This document shows, piece by piece, positions 19,194 to 28,848 of a stretch of 64,000 bases of DNA. Positions within the stretch are counted from its first letter, which is position 1. The number at the start of each line of letters is the position of its first letter. Source of the DNA: Gemmatimonadales bacterium (GTDB taxonomy: Bacteria > Gemmatimonadota > Gemmatimonadetes > Gemmatimonadales > Gemmatimonadaceae); NCBI GenBank assembly GCA_038253755.1, contig JBBSGU010000002.1, positions 42,257-106,256 on the forward strand, given 5' to 3'. Below the pieces are notes generated by a model. That model had not been told where the DNA came from, ran no database searches, and was given only the letters and a program-made list of their open reading frames with translations. Both the position numbers and the translations under genes were made by a program.

Positions 19194-20191
19194 GCTCAGA
19201 TATTCGTCTTGGATTGGTGGGGGCGGGCGCAATCGCGCAGCTCGCGCATCTGCCGGTCCTGTCGAAGATTCGTGGAGCTCGTCTCGTCGCGATCTGCGAC
19301 AACGACGGCCCGAAAGCGGGCGCACTCGCTCAGCGTCTTGGAGTACCGGACATTTTCACGGACTTCGATGAGCTGCTCGACTCGGAAGAGATCGATGCGG
19401 TCGTCATCGCCACTCCAAACCACCTGCATGAGCCACATGTACTTCGAGCCTTGAAGGCTAAAGTGCACGTGCTCTGCGAGAGGCCGCTATCGCTGACCAC
19501 GGGCGGAGTGAATCGCATTCTGGCTGCCGCTAGCAAAGCAGATCGAAAGGTCGTTGTCGGCAACAATCACCGCTTCAGAAGCGATGTCCAGCAGCTCCGC
19601 CGTTTTCTCGAAGGCGATGAGCTTGGCCGCGTTACCGGCATGCGCGCCGGGCAGTACCAATTCAGAACGGCGCAACAGGGGTGGCGCAACAGCAAGGCAG
19701 AAGCTGGAGGCGGAGCGTTCCTCGAATACGGCTACCCGTTGCTGGATCTAGCCTTGTGGCTCACGGATTTCCCCGACCCAGTTCGCGTGACAGCCCACAG
19801 CGACAGCTTGAAGCCGGGGGGCGTCGAGGACACGATGCTCGTGCACCTGGAGTGCGCGAACGGAATCAGCTACAGCTTCGATGTATCGTGGGCGTATGTC
19901 GGGCAGGAAGAGCGTCTGTGGTTCGAGGTCGTTTCAACGAAAGGCAGCGCGAGACTTTCACCGCTTCGAGTGGTGAAGGAGCTCAACGGGCGAGCCATTA
20001 ATGTCTCGCCAACCGGCGCGGCTGCTCGCGAAAGCGTTTTTCTCCAGTCGTATCGCGCAGAAATCGCACATTTTATCTCGATGCTCAAGGACGAATCGCC
20101 CTACGAAGCTCCTGACGACCAGCTCAAGGTCATGCGCGTCATGGATGCGGTTTACAAGGCCGCTGAAGAGGGCCGCGAGATCAGACTGTGA
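19190..20191 (+). CDS. Gfo/Idh/MocA family oxidoreductase
   Basis: GLVGAGAIA Rossmann start; IATPNHLH; HVLCERP; AGGGAF; ATGA overlap with the upstream stop. Confidence 0.9.
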   Translation: MSSDIRLGLVGAGAIAQLAHLPVLSKIRGARLVAICDNDGPKAGALAQRLGVPDIFTDFDELLDSEEIDAVVIATPNHLHEPHVLRALKAKVHVLCERPLSLTTGGVNRILAAASKADRKVVVGNNHRFRSDVQQLRRFLEGDELGRVTGMRAGQYQFRTAQQGWRNSKAEAGGGAFLEYGYPLLDLALWLTDFPDPVRVTAHSDSLKPGGVEDTMLVHLECANGISYSFDVSWAYVGQEERLWFEVVSTKGSARLSPLRVVKELNGRAINVSPTGAAARESVFLQSYRAEIAHFISMLKDESPYEAPDDQLKVMRVMDAVYKAAEEGREIRL

Positions 20192-20198
20192 GAACCGC

Positions 20199-20236
20199 GG
20201 CTTACGGCTTACGGCTTACTGCTGACGGCTTACTGC
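20199..20236. repeat. Heptamer tandem array (GGCTTAC)x5, degenerate
   Basis: GGCTTAC GGCTTAC GGCTTAC TGCTGAC GGCTTAC TGC immediately after the oxidoreductase stop. Confidence 0.85.
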
Positions 20237-20262
20237 AAAAGGCTACCACCTACCACGTGCGA

Positions 20263-21570
20263 ATGAGATCAATAGTGGTTGCCGTTGGGAGCCTGTTTCT
20301 TATGTCGGCTAGTCTCGGCGCCCAGCCATCGACGAACCCCGTTCGCACACCGCCCGCCGAGCCCGCAGCGGCAATCGCGGCGGAGCCGGGTTCCCAGCTC
20401 ACGGTAAGTCTCCTGACGATGGGCCCGGGCGATCAGGTATGGGAAAAATTCGGGCATAACGCCATCTGGATTCACGACGCCGCGACCAGCACCGACATTG
20501 CGTATCACTGGGGCGTGTTCGCTTTTGGCGACAAGGATTTCTATCCGAATTTCATTCGCGGCAAGATGCGCTACTTGATGGGAGCGTTCGACTTCAACGA
20601 GACGATCGATTTCTACAGGCAGTCGAACAGGACCGTGTGGGCGCAGGAGCTGAATCTCACCCCGGCCCAACGGTACAGTCTTGCGCAGTTTGTCGCGTGG
20701 AATGTTCGTCCGGAGAACCGATACTACCGGTACGACTACTTCCGCGATAACTGCTCTACTCGCGTTAGAGACGCGCTCGACGGCGCACTCGGTGGCGTGA
20801 TCAAAAGGACTTTCGTCAACGTTCCGACGAGCACGACGTACCGATTTCATACGGAGCGATTGACACAGGACGACTGGCCGATTTTCACCGGCACGATGGC
20901 CGGCCTTGGCCAGCCGACCGATCGACCGATAACGGCATACGAAGAGATGTTCCTTCCAGTGAAATTGAAGGATCACCTGCAGACGGTGCGCGTCTCATCA
21001 AGCGGTGTCTCCGTACCGCTGGTGAAAAGCGAGCGATTGCTCTTCCATGCAACCCGCGCACCCGAAGACGTGGAAGTTCGCCGTGGAATCACCGGTTATC
21101 TCGTCATGTCGCTGGTTGTTCTCCTCCTGGTGATTGGTGCATTCGCGCTGCAGAGCGCGGGCAAGCCGACTCTCGCCTTATCGCTAATCGCGGTTTGGAG
21201 TCTCGTTGCCGGGTTGAGCGGGGTGCTTCTCGCCGGCTTGTGGGCGTTCACGGACCACGTGTACAGCTACCGCAACGAAAATCTCTTCCAGCTCAACCCG
21301 CTCTCGCTGATTGTCCTCGTGGTTGTCATCCGGCTGATCGCGTCGCGCTCCGGCGACGCGAGCTGGGCGTCGAGAGCAGACTCGGCTCGACGATGGAGTC
21401 TCATCGTTGCCGCACTCTCGGTGGCGGGATTCGTGTTTCAGATTCTGCCGATGTTCAGACAAGTCAATGGCGATATCATCGCTCTCGTGATGCCGATTCA
21501 CGTTGCCGCCGCGGCTGTGCTGCTAACGCTGAGTCGCCGCATACAAACAGACTCGCGACCAATCCCGTGA
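20263..21570 (+). CDS. DUF4105 (Lnb N-terminal periplasmic domain)-containing membrane protein
   Basis: Signal peptide; LLTMGPG..W..FGHNAI; YRYDYFRDNCSTR (conserved His/Cys); MFLP; several C-terminal TM helices. Confidence 0.8.
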   Translation: MRSIVVAVGSLFLMSASLGAQPSTNPVRTPPAEPAAAIAAEPGSQLTVSLLTMGPGDQVWEKFGHNAIWIHDAATSTDIAYHWGVFAFGDKDFYPNFIRGKMRYLMGAFDFNETIDFYRQSNRTVWAQELNLTPAQRYSLAQFVAWNVRPENRYYRYDYFRDNCSTRVRDALDGALGGVIKRTFVNVPTSTTYRFHTERLTQDDWPIFTGTMAGLGQPTDRPITAYEEMFLPVKLKDHLQTVRVSSSGVSVPLVKSERLLFHATRAPEDVEVRRGITGYLVMSLVVLLLVIGAFALQSAGKPTLALSLIAVWSLVAGLSGVLLAGLWAFTDHVYSYRNENLFQLNPLSLIVLVVVIRLIASRSGDASWASRADSARRWSLIVAALSVAGFVFQILPMFRQVNGDIIALVMPIHVAAAAVLLTLSRRIQTDSRPIP

Positions 21571-23255
21571 GAGCCCTTGCGCGCATGACGTTACTCGCGG
21601 CCGCAGGGAGCATGGCCTACGTCCAGGGGTGCGCGCCCACAATGACTCATCAAAACGGCATCACGCTCGCCATAGTCAATGCGAAGGTCTGGACCGCGAA
21701 CCCGCGGCAGCCATGGGCCAGCGGCATTGCAGTGTCCGGCGATCGCATCACGCTCGTCGGCTCCAGTGCCGAAGTCGCAAAGCTTGCCGCGGCAAATGCA
21801 GGCGCGAGAGTCATCGACGCGCACGGTGGTCTGGTCACTCCCGGGTTCATCGATTCGCACGTGCATTTTCTGACGGGCGGATTCAACCTGTCGTCAGTCC
21901 AGCTGCGCGACGCGGCAACGCGAGAGGAATTCACCCGCCGGATCAAGGAATATGCAGCCGCGATTCCGCCCGGCACCTGGATTACCGGTGGCGACTGGGA
22001 CCACACGCTCTGGGGCGGGGAGCTGCCAAGTCACGACTGGATCGATTCGGTTACGCCCAACAATCCAGTCTGGATAAACCGGCTCGATGGGCACATGGCG
22101 CTCGCCAACAGGCTCGCCATGGAAGCCGCCAAGGTTACGAGCGCAACGGCGGACATCGCGGGCGGCACGATCGTGCGCGACCCATCCAGAAATCCGACAG
22201 GCGTTTTCAAGGACAACGCGCAGTCGTATGTCGACAAGGCAGAGCCACCTCATCCCGATGAGCTCGACGATCGCGCGCTGAACGCCGCCATGCATTACGT
22301 GGCCGAGCGAGGCGTGACGTCGGTGGTGAACATGGGGACGTTTGGGAATCTCGCCGCCATGGAGCGCGCGCATCGCGCAGGCAGACTGATCACCCGTATC
22401 TATGCTGTCACGCCAATCGCGCAATGGGAACGGCTGAGAGATACTATCGCCGCTCGAGGCAATGGCGACGATTGGATTCGCATCGGCGGCATCAAGGGGT
22501 TCGTCGATGGATCACTCGGCTCCCATACGGCGGCGATGTTCGCGCCATTCACTGATTCGCCGAAGGATTCCGGATTTCTCGTAGAGACAGAGAGCGATCT
22601 CTACAGGTGGACAAGCGACGCGGACAAGGCCGGTATTCAGGTGATCGTCCATGCAATCGGCGACCGTGCCATCAACACACAGCTAAATATTTTCGAGCGA
22701 GTGGAAAATGAGAATGGCAAGCGCGACCGGCGATTTAGAATCGAGCACGCGCAGCACCTTTCTTCCGGCGACGTTCCCCGCTTCAGCAAGCTTGGAGTCA
22801 TTCCAAGCATGCAGCCGTATCACGCGATCGACGACGGACGATGGGCCGAGCGCGTCATCGGGCCTGAGAGGGCAAAGCTGACCTATGCATTCCGTTCTCT
22901 TAGAGATGCGGGAGCGAGCCTCGCGTTTGGCAGCGACTGGTTTGTGGCGCCTCCCACCCCGCTTCTCGGTATCTATGCGGCCGTAACTCGACGCACTCTC
23001 GACGACAAGAATCCCGATGGCTGGATTCCCGACCAGAAGATCTCAGTCGAGGATGCCCTTCGCGCCTACACGATCAACGGAGCATACGCGTCGTTCGAGG
23101 ACTCGATAAAAGGATCACTCGAGCGAGGAAAGCTCGCCGACATCGTGTTGATCGATCGTGACCTGACGCGAATCGCTCCCGAATCGATTCGGGATGCGCG
23201 GGTTCTCCTGACGATTGTTGGAGGAAGAGTCGTCTTCGAGAGCGGCAGGGACTGA
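21567..23255 (+). CDS. YtcJ-like amidohydrolase (Amidohydro_3), probable lipoprotein
   Basis: PGFIDSHVH, DGHM, DGSLGSHTA, HAIGDRA, RIEHAQH, FGSDW, AYTINGAY; GTGA overlap with the upstream stop. Confidence 0.92.
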   Translation: MRALARMTLLAAAGSMAYVQGCAPTMTHQNGITLAIVNAKVWTANPRQPWASGIAVSGDRITLVGSSAEVAKLAAANAGARVIDAHGGLVTPGFIDSHVHFLTGGFNLSSVQLRDAATREEFTRRIKEYAAAIPPGTWITGGDWDHTLWGGELPSHDWIDSVTPNNPVWINRLDGHMALANRLAMEAAKVTSATADIAGGTIVRDPSRNPTGVFKDNAQSYVDKAEPPHPDELDDRALNAAMHYVAERGVTSVVNMGTFGNLAAMERAHRAGRLITRIYAVTPIAQWERLRDTIAARGNGDDWIRIGGIKGFVDGSLGSHTAAMFAPFTDSPKDSGFLVETESDLYRWTSDADKAGIQVIVHAIGDRAINTQLNIFERVENENGKRDRRFRIEHAQHLSSGDVPRFSKLGVIPSMQPYHAIDDGRWAERVIGPERAKLTYAFRSLRDAGASLAFGSDWFVAPPTPLLGIYAAVTRRTLDDKNPDGWIPDQKISVEDALRAYTINGAYASFEDSIKGSLERGKLADIVLIDRDLTRIAPESIRDARVLLTIVGGRVVFESGRD

Positions 23256-23259
23256 GCGA

Positions 23260-23344
23260 AGGACTGAGGACTCAGGACCATGCGGATCCAGGACCAACAG
23301 CAATCGACGATCGACGACTAAATGCGGACGGAGGACTACTGCGG
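23260..23344. repeat. Left arm of long imperfect inverted repeat (heptamer-based)
   Basis: aggactgaggactcaggacc...actgcgg pairs with the reverse complement of 23804-23889 with about 12 mismatches and 1 gap over 86 nt (hand count). Confidence 0.93.
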
Positions 23345-23357
23345 GAACGACGGTTGG

Positions 23358-23756
23358 TTACTTCATCGATCTTCCGCGTTCCCGTGGAATCATCGCAAGC
23401 AAGAGGCGGCGCATTTCCTCCAGCCTGTCGCGGCGGTTCTTGGTCTTTTCTTCCCCGAGAATCGGCAGGGCTGACTTATACCAGCTCATGCTTTCTCGTA
23501 CGGAGCCCAGGGCGTACTCGAAAATTCGTGCGCGATCCTTACCTGAGCTTCGGGAATATCCCTCACCGACGTTCGCTTCGATGGAGCAAACGGCAGCGTA
23601 CAGCTGCCCGGCGATCAGCTCGGTGATTGGTTCAGCGCGGAGCAGCTTTGCGTCCTCGAACGAATCCGGCATCAGCTTGCTGGCGAGCTCGAACACGCGC
23701 GTTCGAGCGAGAGGATCGTGCGATGTTTCAACCGAGACTGGCGCGTGATGTGACAT
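23358..23756 (-). CDS. Four helix bundle protein (23S rRNA IVS protein / TIGR02436-like family)
   Basis: QLYAAVCSIEANVGEGYSRSSGKDRARIFEYALGSVRE fits the family pattern QL..A..SI..N..EG..R.S..D..R....A.GS..E; 132 aa; antisense to both neighbours. Confidence 0.88.
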   Translation of the reverse strand: MSHHAPVSVETSHDPLARTRVFELASKLMPDSFEDAKLLRAEPITELIAGQLYAAVCSIEANVGEGYSRSSGKDRARIFEYALGSVRESMSWYKSALPILGEEKTKNRRDRLEEMRRLLLAMIPRERGRSMK

Positions 23757-23803
23757 GCGTCAAATCAAGTTGACCGGCGGCTCGGTAAGTGACCAAATCC
23801 CGT

Positions 23804-23889
23804 CCGTAGTCATCCTCAGTCCGCACTTAGTCGCAGATCGTCGATTTCTATTGGTCCTGGTTCCGCACGGGTCCTGAGTCCTCAATCCT
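23804..23889. repeat. Right arm of long imperfect inverted repeat
   Basis: ccgtagtcatcctcagtccgcac...gtcctgagtcctcaatcct; complementary to 23260-23344. Confidence 0.93.
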
Positions 23890-23968
23890 AAGGGCCCGGC
23901 CATTGTAAAACGGGGTAATTCCGGTGATATTCATAGGCTGTCCCAAAAGTCAAAAAAGTGAGCAAATC

Positions 23969-24205
23969 ATGAAGCCAGAGATACATCCGGTGTACGCCAC
24001 GGCCACGGTAAAGTGCGCCTGCGGCAACACTTATCAGACCCGTTCCACGCAGGCCGAGATTCACACCGACATCTGCGCCCAGTGCCACCCGTTCTTCACG
24101 GGCAAGCAGAAGCTGGTCGATACCGCCGGTCGTGTTGAGCGCTTCCGTCAGAAGTACGCCACGAAGACTCCCGCTGCCGCTCCCGCGGCGACGACCGAAG
24201 GCTGA
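23969..24205 (+). CDS. rpmE: 50S ribosomal protein L31 (zinc-binding type)
   Basis: [35 protein letters not shown]. Confidence 0.97.
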   Translation: MKPEIHPVYATATVKCACGNTYQTRSTQAEIHTDICAQCHPFFTGKQKLVDTAGRVERFRQKYATKTPAAAPAATTEG

Positions 24206-25266
24206 GTCTCCGGGATCGCCTCGCCGACGCGCTTAACCGCGCCGGCGAGGTTGAGCGCCAGCTTTCCGATCCAGGGACAGTAAAGGACGCCCAGCGGATG
24301 ACAGCACTGGGCCGCGAGCACCGACACCTGGCACCCCTGGTCGAGATGGCCTCGACTCTCGATAAACACGAAAACGAGCTCGCCGAAGTCCGCGAGCTCG
24401 TTCTTGTAGACGACCCCGAAATGGCCGCAGAAGCGCGCGCAGAAGAGGGCCGGCTCAAACTCGCCATTGCCGAGCTCGAAGAGCGCGTCAAGCCGGCTTT
24501 GATTCCCCACGACCCGCTCGACGACCGGCCCGCAATCGTGGAAATCCGGGCAGGCACCGGCGGCGATGAAGCCGCTATCTTTGCCGCTGATCTCTACCGC
24601 ATGTACACCCGCTTCGCCGAGAAGCGCGGTTGGCGAATCGAAATGATTTCCTATTCCGAGGGAACGCTGGGTGGCGTCAAGGAAGCGGTGTTCAAGGTGA
24701 AGGGCGAAGGCGTTTTCGGCACGATGCGATGGGAGTCAGGTGTCCATCGCGTGCAGCGCGTCCCCGTCACCGAAAATCAGGGGCGTATTCACACGTCTGC
24801 TGCAACAGTTGCGGTGCTGCCTGAAGCAGAAGAGATCGACATGAAGATCGACGACAAGGATCTTCGCATCGACGTCTTCCGCTCGTCCGGCCCCGGCGGC
24901 CAGAGCGTAAACACAACCGACTCGGCCGTCCGCATCACGCACATTCCGTCGGGAATTGTCGTGAGCCAGCAGGACCAGAAATCGCAGCTTCAGAACAAGC
25001 TCAAGGGAATGGAAGTTCTGCGGTCGCGCCTGCTCGATGCACGCATCGCTGAACAGGAAGGAGAGCGATCGCGCATGCGAAAAACTCAGGTTGGTACCGG
25101 TGATCGCTCTGCGAAGATCCGAACCTATAACTTTCCGCAGAACCGCGTCACCGATCATAGAATCGGATTCACTATGCACGAGCTGACGAAAGTGCTGGAT
25201 GGTGAAATAGAGCCCGTGATCGAAGCCTTGCGCGGCGCCGATGTGGAGGATCGCCTTGGTGAGTAG
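24202..25266 (+). CDS. prfA: Peptide chain release factor 1 (start probably at non-canonical CTG 24202; first ATG is 24298)
   Basis: [25 protein letters not shown] (PxT motif of RF1), [32 protein letters not shown]; upstream of prmC. Confidence 0.95.
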   Translation: MSLRDRLADALNRAGEVERQLSDPGTVKDAQRMTALGREHRHLAPLVEMASTLDKHENELAEVRELVLVDDPEMAAEARAEEGRLKLAIAELEERVKPALIPHDPLDDRPAIVEIRAGTGGDEAAIFAADLYRMYTRFAEKRGWRIEMISYSEGTLGGVKEAVFKVKGEGVFGTMRWESGVHRVQRVPVTENQGRIHTSAATVAVLPEAEEIDMKIDDKDLRIDVFRSSGPGGQSVNTTDSAVRITHIPSGIVVSQQDQKSQLQNKLKGMEVLRSRLLDARIAEQEGERSRMRKTQVGTGDRSAKIRTYNFPQNRVTDHRIGFTMHELTKVLDGEIEPVIEALRGADVEDRLGE

Positions 25267-26173
25267 AGTCCGGCGCACGCCTCCCGCACCGTACACCGCT
25301 GATGCGAAAGTCCTCAACATCATCGAGGAGCTCACGATCGCACTGCGGGCCGCCGGAATTACCGATCCGCGCCGCATTGCAACCGACATCATCGCCTCCC
25401 TGCTCGAAGTGCCGCGCTCATGGCCGACGATCAACCGCGAGTCTGCCGTGGATTCGAACGTGCTGGCTGCGGCTCGCGGAGCCGCCCGCCTTCTTGCGGC
25501 GGGAGCGCCATTCGCCTACGCGGTGGGATCAGCGCCGTTCCGGCATCTGATTCTCAACGTCGATTCGCGCGTGCTCGTTCCGCGGCCGGAAACCGAAGTC
25601 CTCGTCGGCGAGATCCTCGATTTGATGGATGCGAAGTTCAAATCGAGCGAGAGCTGGGGAACGGCAGTAGACATCGGTACCGGATCGGGAGCGATCGCAC
25701 TGTGCCTGGCGAGCGAAGGAAAGTTCGACAAGATTATCGCGACTGACGTTTCGGTCGATGCCATCGAGGTCGCGAGATCGAATGCAGTTCGGTGCGCGGC
25801 AGCCCTCGGGTGCGAGGTGGAATTCCGGCGTGGTTCGCTGATCGCCCCGGTGCGCAACGTGAAAGCCACCGTGCTTGTGTCCAACCCACCCTACATCGCG
25901 TTCTCCGAGCTCGAGGCGCTGCCGCGGTCAGTACGCGACTGGGAGCCGCCGCTGGCCCTCGTAAGCGGCCACGACGGCATGGCAGCAACGGCGAAAATAA
26001 TCTCGGAAGGCAGCAGGATCCTCCTCAGCGGCGGAATCCTGGCTGTCGAAGTGGATGAGCGTCGCGCATCCCTGGCGGCCGAGCTGATCATGAAGCACGG
26101 TGGATATACTGACGTCGGTGTGAGGCTCGATCTTACCGGCCGCGAGCGCTTCGTTCTCGCGTCCAGAACCTGA
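25259..26173 (+). CDS. prmC: Release factor glutamine methyltransferase
   Basis: [32 protein letters not shown]; GGAGGA precedes the start. Confidence 0.93.
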   Translation: MSRVRRTPPAPYTADAKVLNIIEELTIALRAAGITDPRRIATDIIASLLEVPRSWPTINRESAVDSNVLAAARGAARLLAAGAPFAYAVGSAPFRHLILNVDSRVLVPRPETEVLVGEILDLMDAKFKSSESWGTAVDIGTGSGAIALCLASEGKFDKIIATDVSVDAIEVARSNAVRCAAALGCEVEFRRGSLIAPVRNVKATVLVSNPPYIAFSELEALPRSVRDWEPPLALVSGHDGMAATAKIISEGSRILLSGGILAVEVDERRASLAAELIMKHGGYTDVGVRLDLTGRERFVLASRT

Positions 26174-26196
26174 AAACGTAAAGAACTGGAGAGGCA

Positions 26197-26550
26197 ATGC
26201 TGGAAGAAAAGGCGAAAGAGCTTGGCCGTCTCATCGGACAGAGCGGGGAGTATCAGGCGGTGAAGCGGTCGAGCGAGGCGTTAAACGCAGATCACGAAGC
26301 GGTGACCGTTCTCCAGCAGATGGAGAAAATCCGCATGGACGCGCAGCAGATGATTCAGCGCGGCGAGCAGCCCACGGAAGAGATGGAGCAGCAGCTCGAT
26401 ACACTGTTGTCGAGCGTGCAGACCAACTCGGTTTATCAGCGGGCAATTTCGGCGCAGGAGAATTTTGACAAGGTCATGTACCAGGTCAACAACTGGATCA
26501 TGGAAGGAATGAAGAAGGGCGCGACAAGCTCCATCATCACACTTTCCTGA
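26197..26550 (+). CDS. YlbF/YmcA (Com_YlbF)-like helical protein
   Basis: 117-aa helical protein starting KAKELGRLIGQSGEY, as in the family; GGAGAGG RBS. Confidence 0.65.
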   Translation: MLEEKAKELGRLIGQSGEYQAVKRSSEALNADHEAVTVLQQMEKIRMDAQQMIQRGEQPTEEMEQQLDTLLSSVQTNSVYQRAISAQENFDKVMYQVNNWIMEGMKKGATSSIITLS

Positions 26551-26554
26551 ATTC

Positions 26555-27232
26555 ATGGCTCGCGGACGCCTGATCGTTTTAGAGGGTCCGGAGGGCGCGG
26601 GCAAGACGACCCAGTTACGGCTGCTTGCCGACCGGCTGAAAGCGTCCGGACGCGAAGTTCTCACGCTCCGCGAGCCCGGTGGCACTCCTCTTGGCGACTC
26701 CATCCGTGCAATCCTTCTTGATTCCGTTGACGAAATGACCCCAGCGGCCGAAGCACTGCTGTTCATGGCGTCGAGGGCGGAGATCGTCAGGCTGCGAATC
26801 GACCCAGCGCTCCGCGACGGGGTAATTGTTCTGATGGATCGCTTCTTTCTGTCCACCTATGCGTACCAAATAGCCGGACGAGGCCTCGACGAACAGCAGA
26901 TTCGCCAGGCAAACTCGCTGACCACGGCCGGCCATGTTCCCGATCTGACGATCGTCATCGACGTTCCACCGGGAGCGGGCCTCGCCCGCGCGGAGGCGCG
27001 CGGCTCCAAGGATAGAATGGAGCGAGCGCACGATGATTTTCACTCAAAAGTCTCTGGTGCATTCGCGTTGTTCGTCACCGATTCATGGCAACGCGATCAT
27101 CCGGAGTGCGGTCCAATCGTCAGGGTCGATGGAACGGGGTCACCAGAAGCAGTACAGAGCGAGATTGCCACCCTCCTCGCTCAAAACTTGCCACATGATT
27201 TTTCCATGCTGTCCAACACGTCAACAGATTGA
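26555..27232 (+). CDS. tmk: Thymidylate kinase
   Basis: IVLEGPEGAGKTTQ, REPGG, EALLF, DRF..STYAYQ, PDLT. Confidence 0.96.
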   Translation: MARGRLIVLEGPEGAGKTTQLRLLADRLKASGREVLTLREPGGTPLGDSIRAILLDSVDEMTPAAEALLFMASRAEIVRLRIDPALRDGVIVLMDRFFLSTYAYQIAGRGLDEQQIRQANSLTTAGHVPDLTIVIDVPPGAGLARAEARGSKDRMERAHDDFHSKVSGAFALFVTDSWQRDHPECGPIVRVDGTGSPEAVQSEIATLLAQNLPHDFSMLSNTSTD

Positions 27233-28848
27233 TGGCCGACCTTCGTCCAGGAATGAGATCGAGAACCATCATGGTTGCCGCCGTGCTGGTTTCTGCCGTC
27301 ATTACGGGCGGCTGGCTGATTGAGCGCGGTACGCGCTCGGGTCCGGCCTCGACGCCGGCAGAAGCCGCGCGCCTGTTCGACAACGTCTTCGCGAAGATCT
27401 CGCGGAGCTACGTCGATTCGATTGACGCAGCGGCGATGTACCGCAAAGCTGTCGACGGAATGCTCTACGAGCTCGAGGATCCCTACACGTCGCTGCTCGC
27501 ACCCGACAAGCTTGGCCAGCTTAACGAGACAACCAGCGGCAACTACGCCGGCATCGGAATCCAGGTAGACGTTCGCGATGGCTGGATCGTGGTTATAGCC
27601 CCCACTCCGGGCAGCCCGGCCGAGCGCGCGGGAGTTCAGCCCGGTGATCGCATTGTCGAAGTCGACGGTAAATCGGCGAAAGACTGGACGCTCGGGGAGG
27701 CGATGAAGTCGTTCCGCGGCAAGGCGGGCACTTCGGTAGCGCTTCGAATAGAGAGACCTGGAATGATCGCGGCGATTCCGTTGACGCTGGAGCGGCAGCC
27801 ACTGCACCAAAGCGCGGTTCGCCGTATTGCGATGCTGCCAAACGGCGTCGGATATGTGGATCTCAAGGCATTCAGTGATTCAACGTATCGAGAGTTGACC
27901 CGCGCCATGAACGCTCTCGTCGCAAAGGGGGCGAAATCGATAATTCTCGACCTGAGATCAAACCCCGGCGGATTGCTCGAACAGGGAACGCGCGTCGCGG
28001 ATCTGTTCCTCGACAAGAGCCAGCGCATCGTCAGTCTGCGCGGCCGAACGCCAGAGGCGAATCGGGATTATACCGATAGCACCGCGCAGAAGTGGCCGAC
28101 GCTTCCACTAACTGTGCTGGTTGACGATCGAAGTGCGAGTGCAGCCGAGATCGTTGCCGGTGCGCTTCAGGATCATGATCGCGCAGTTATTGTCGGCGAG
28201 CCGACATACGGAAAGGGAAGCGCGCAGACGATCATACCGCTTGGGGCCGCCGGCGGTCTCAAGATTACGACGTCGCGCTGGTACACTCCGTCCGGACGCT
28301 CGATCAGCAGAAAGCTCGAGCGCGACGACAGCGAGCCGACTCCGGATTCGAAGGAGAGATTCAAGACGGACGCGGGCCGCACGGTCTACGATCGCGGTGG
28401 AATCACGCCCGACATTCTCGAAAGCGACAGCGCGTACACCGCGACCGCGCGAATCCTTCAGGGCGCTCTCGGCAGGAAGGTCGGGATTTTCCGCGATGCA
28501 CTGACCGATTACGCTTTGAGCCTGAAGGTTGGAAAAACGGTTGCGTCGACGCAGTTCGAGGTGACGCCGGCGATGCTCGATGAAGTCTGGAAGCGAATGG
28601 TCGCTCGCGGAGTGGTGATGGACCGGGGCGTCTACGATGAGTCGGCCTCGGTCGTAAGGCTTCTGCTTTCTTACGATATCGCGCGTTATGTGTTCGGCCC
28701 CGATGCCGAATTTCGCCGCCGCGTGGCCAGCGATCACGCAATTGCGACAGCGCTCAAACTTGCGACTGGCGTCGCGAATCAGCGCGCTCTGCTCGACCGA
28801 GCTACGACCCGCCAGCAGCAGCAACAGCGCGCTCTGGGCCAGGAGTGA
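27232..28848 (+). CDS. ctpA: S41 family C-terminal processing protease (PDZ)
   Basis: LEDPYT, GIGI PDZ, ILDLRSNPGGLL, SASAAEIVAGALQDHDRA, TYGKGSAQ, YTPSGRSI. Confidence 0.93.
   Translation: MADLRPGMRSRTIMVAAVLVSAVITGGWLIERGTRSGPASTPAEAARLFDNVFAKISRSYVDSIDAAAMYRKAVDGMLYELEDPYTSLLAPDKLGQLNETTSGNYAGIGIQVDVRDGWIVVIAPTPGSPAERAGVQPGDRIVEVDGKSAKDWTLGEAMKSFRGKAGTSVALRIERPGMIAAIPLTLERQPLHQSAVRRIAMLPNGVGYVDLKAFSDSTYRELTRAMNALVAKGAKSIILDLRSNPGGLLEQGTRVADLFLDKSQRIVSLRGRTPEANRDYTDSTAQKWPTLPLTVLVDDRSASAAEIVAGALQDHDRAVIVGEPTYGKGSAQTIIPLGAAGGLKITTSRWYTPSGRSISRKLERDDSEPTPDSKERFKTDAGRTVYDRGGITPDILESDSAYTATARILQGALGRKVGIFRDALTDYALSLKVGKTVASTQFEVTPAMLDEVWKRMVARGVVMDRGVYDESASVVRLLLSYDIARYVFGPDAEFRRRVASDHAIATALKLATGVANQRALLDRATTRQQQQQRALGQE

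Noticed and set aside
23358-23756. Diversity-generating retroelement (Avd) locus or rRNA intervening sequence
   Set aside because: No reverse transcriptase, no template/variable repeat pair and no rRNA sequence nearby
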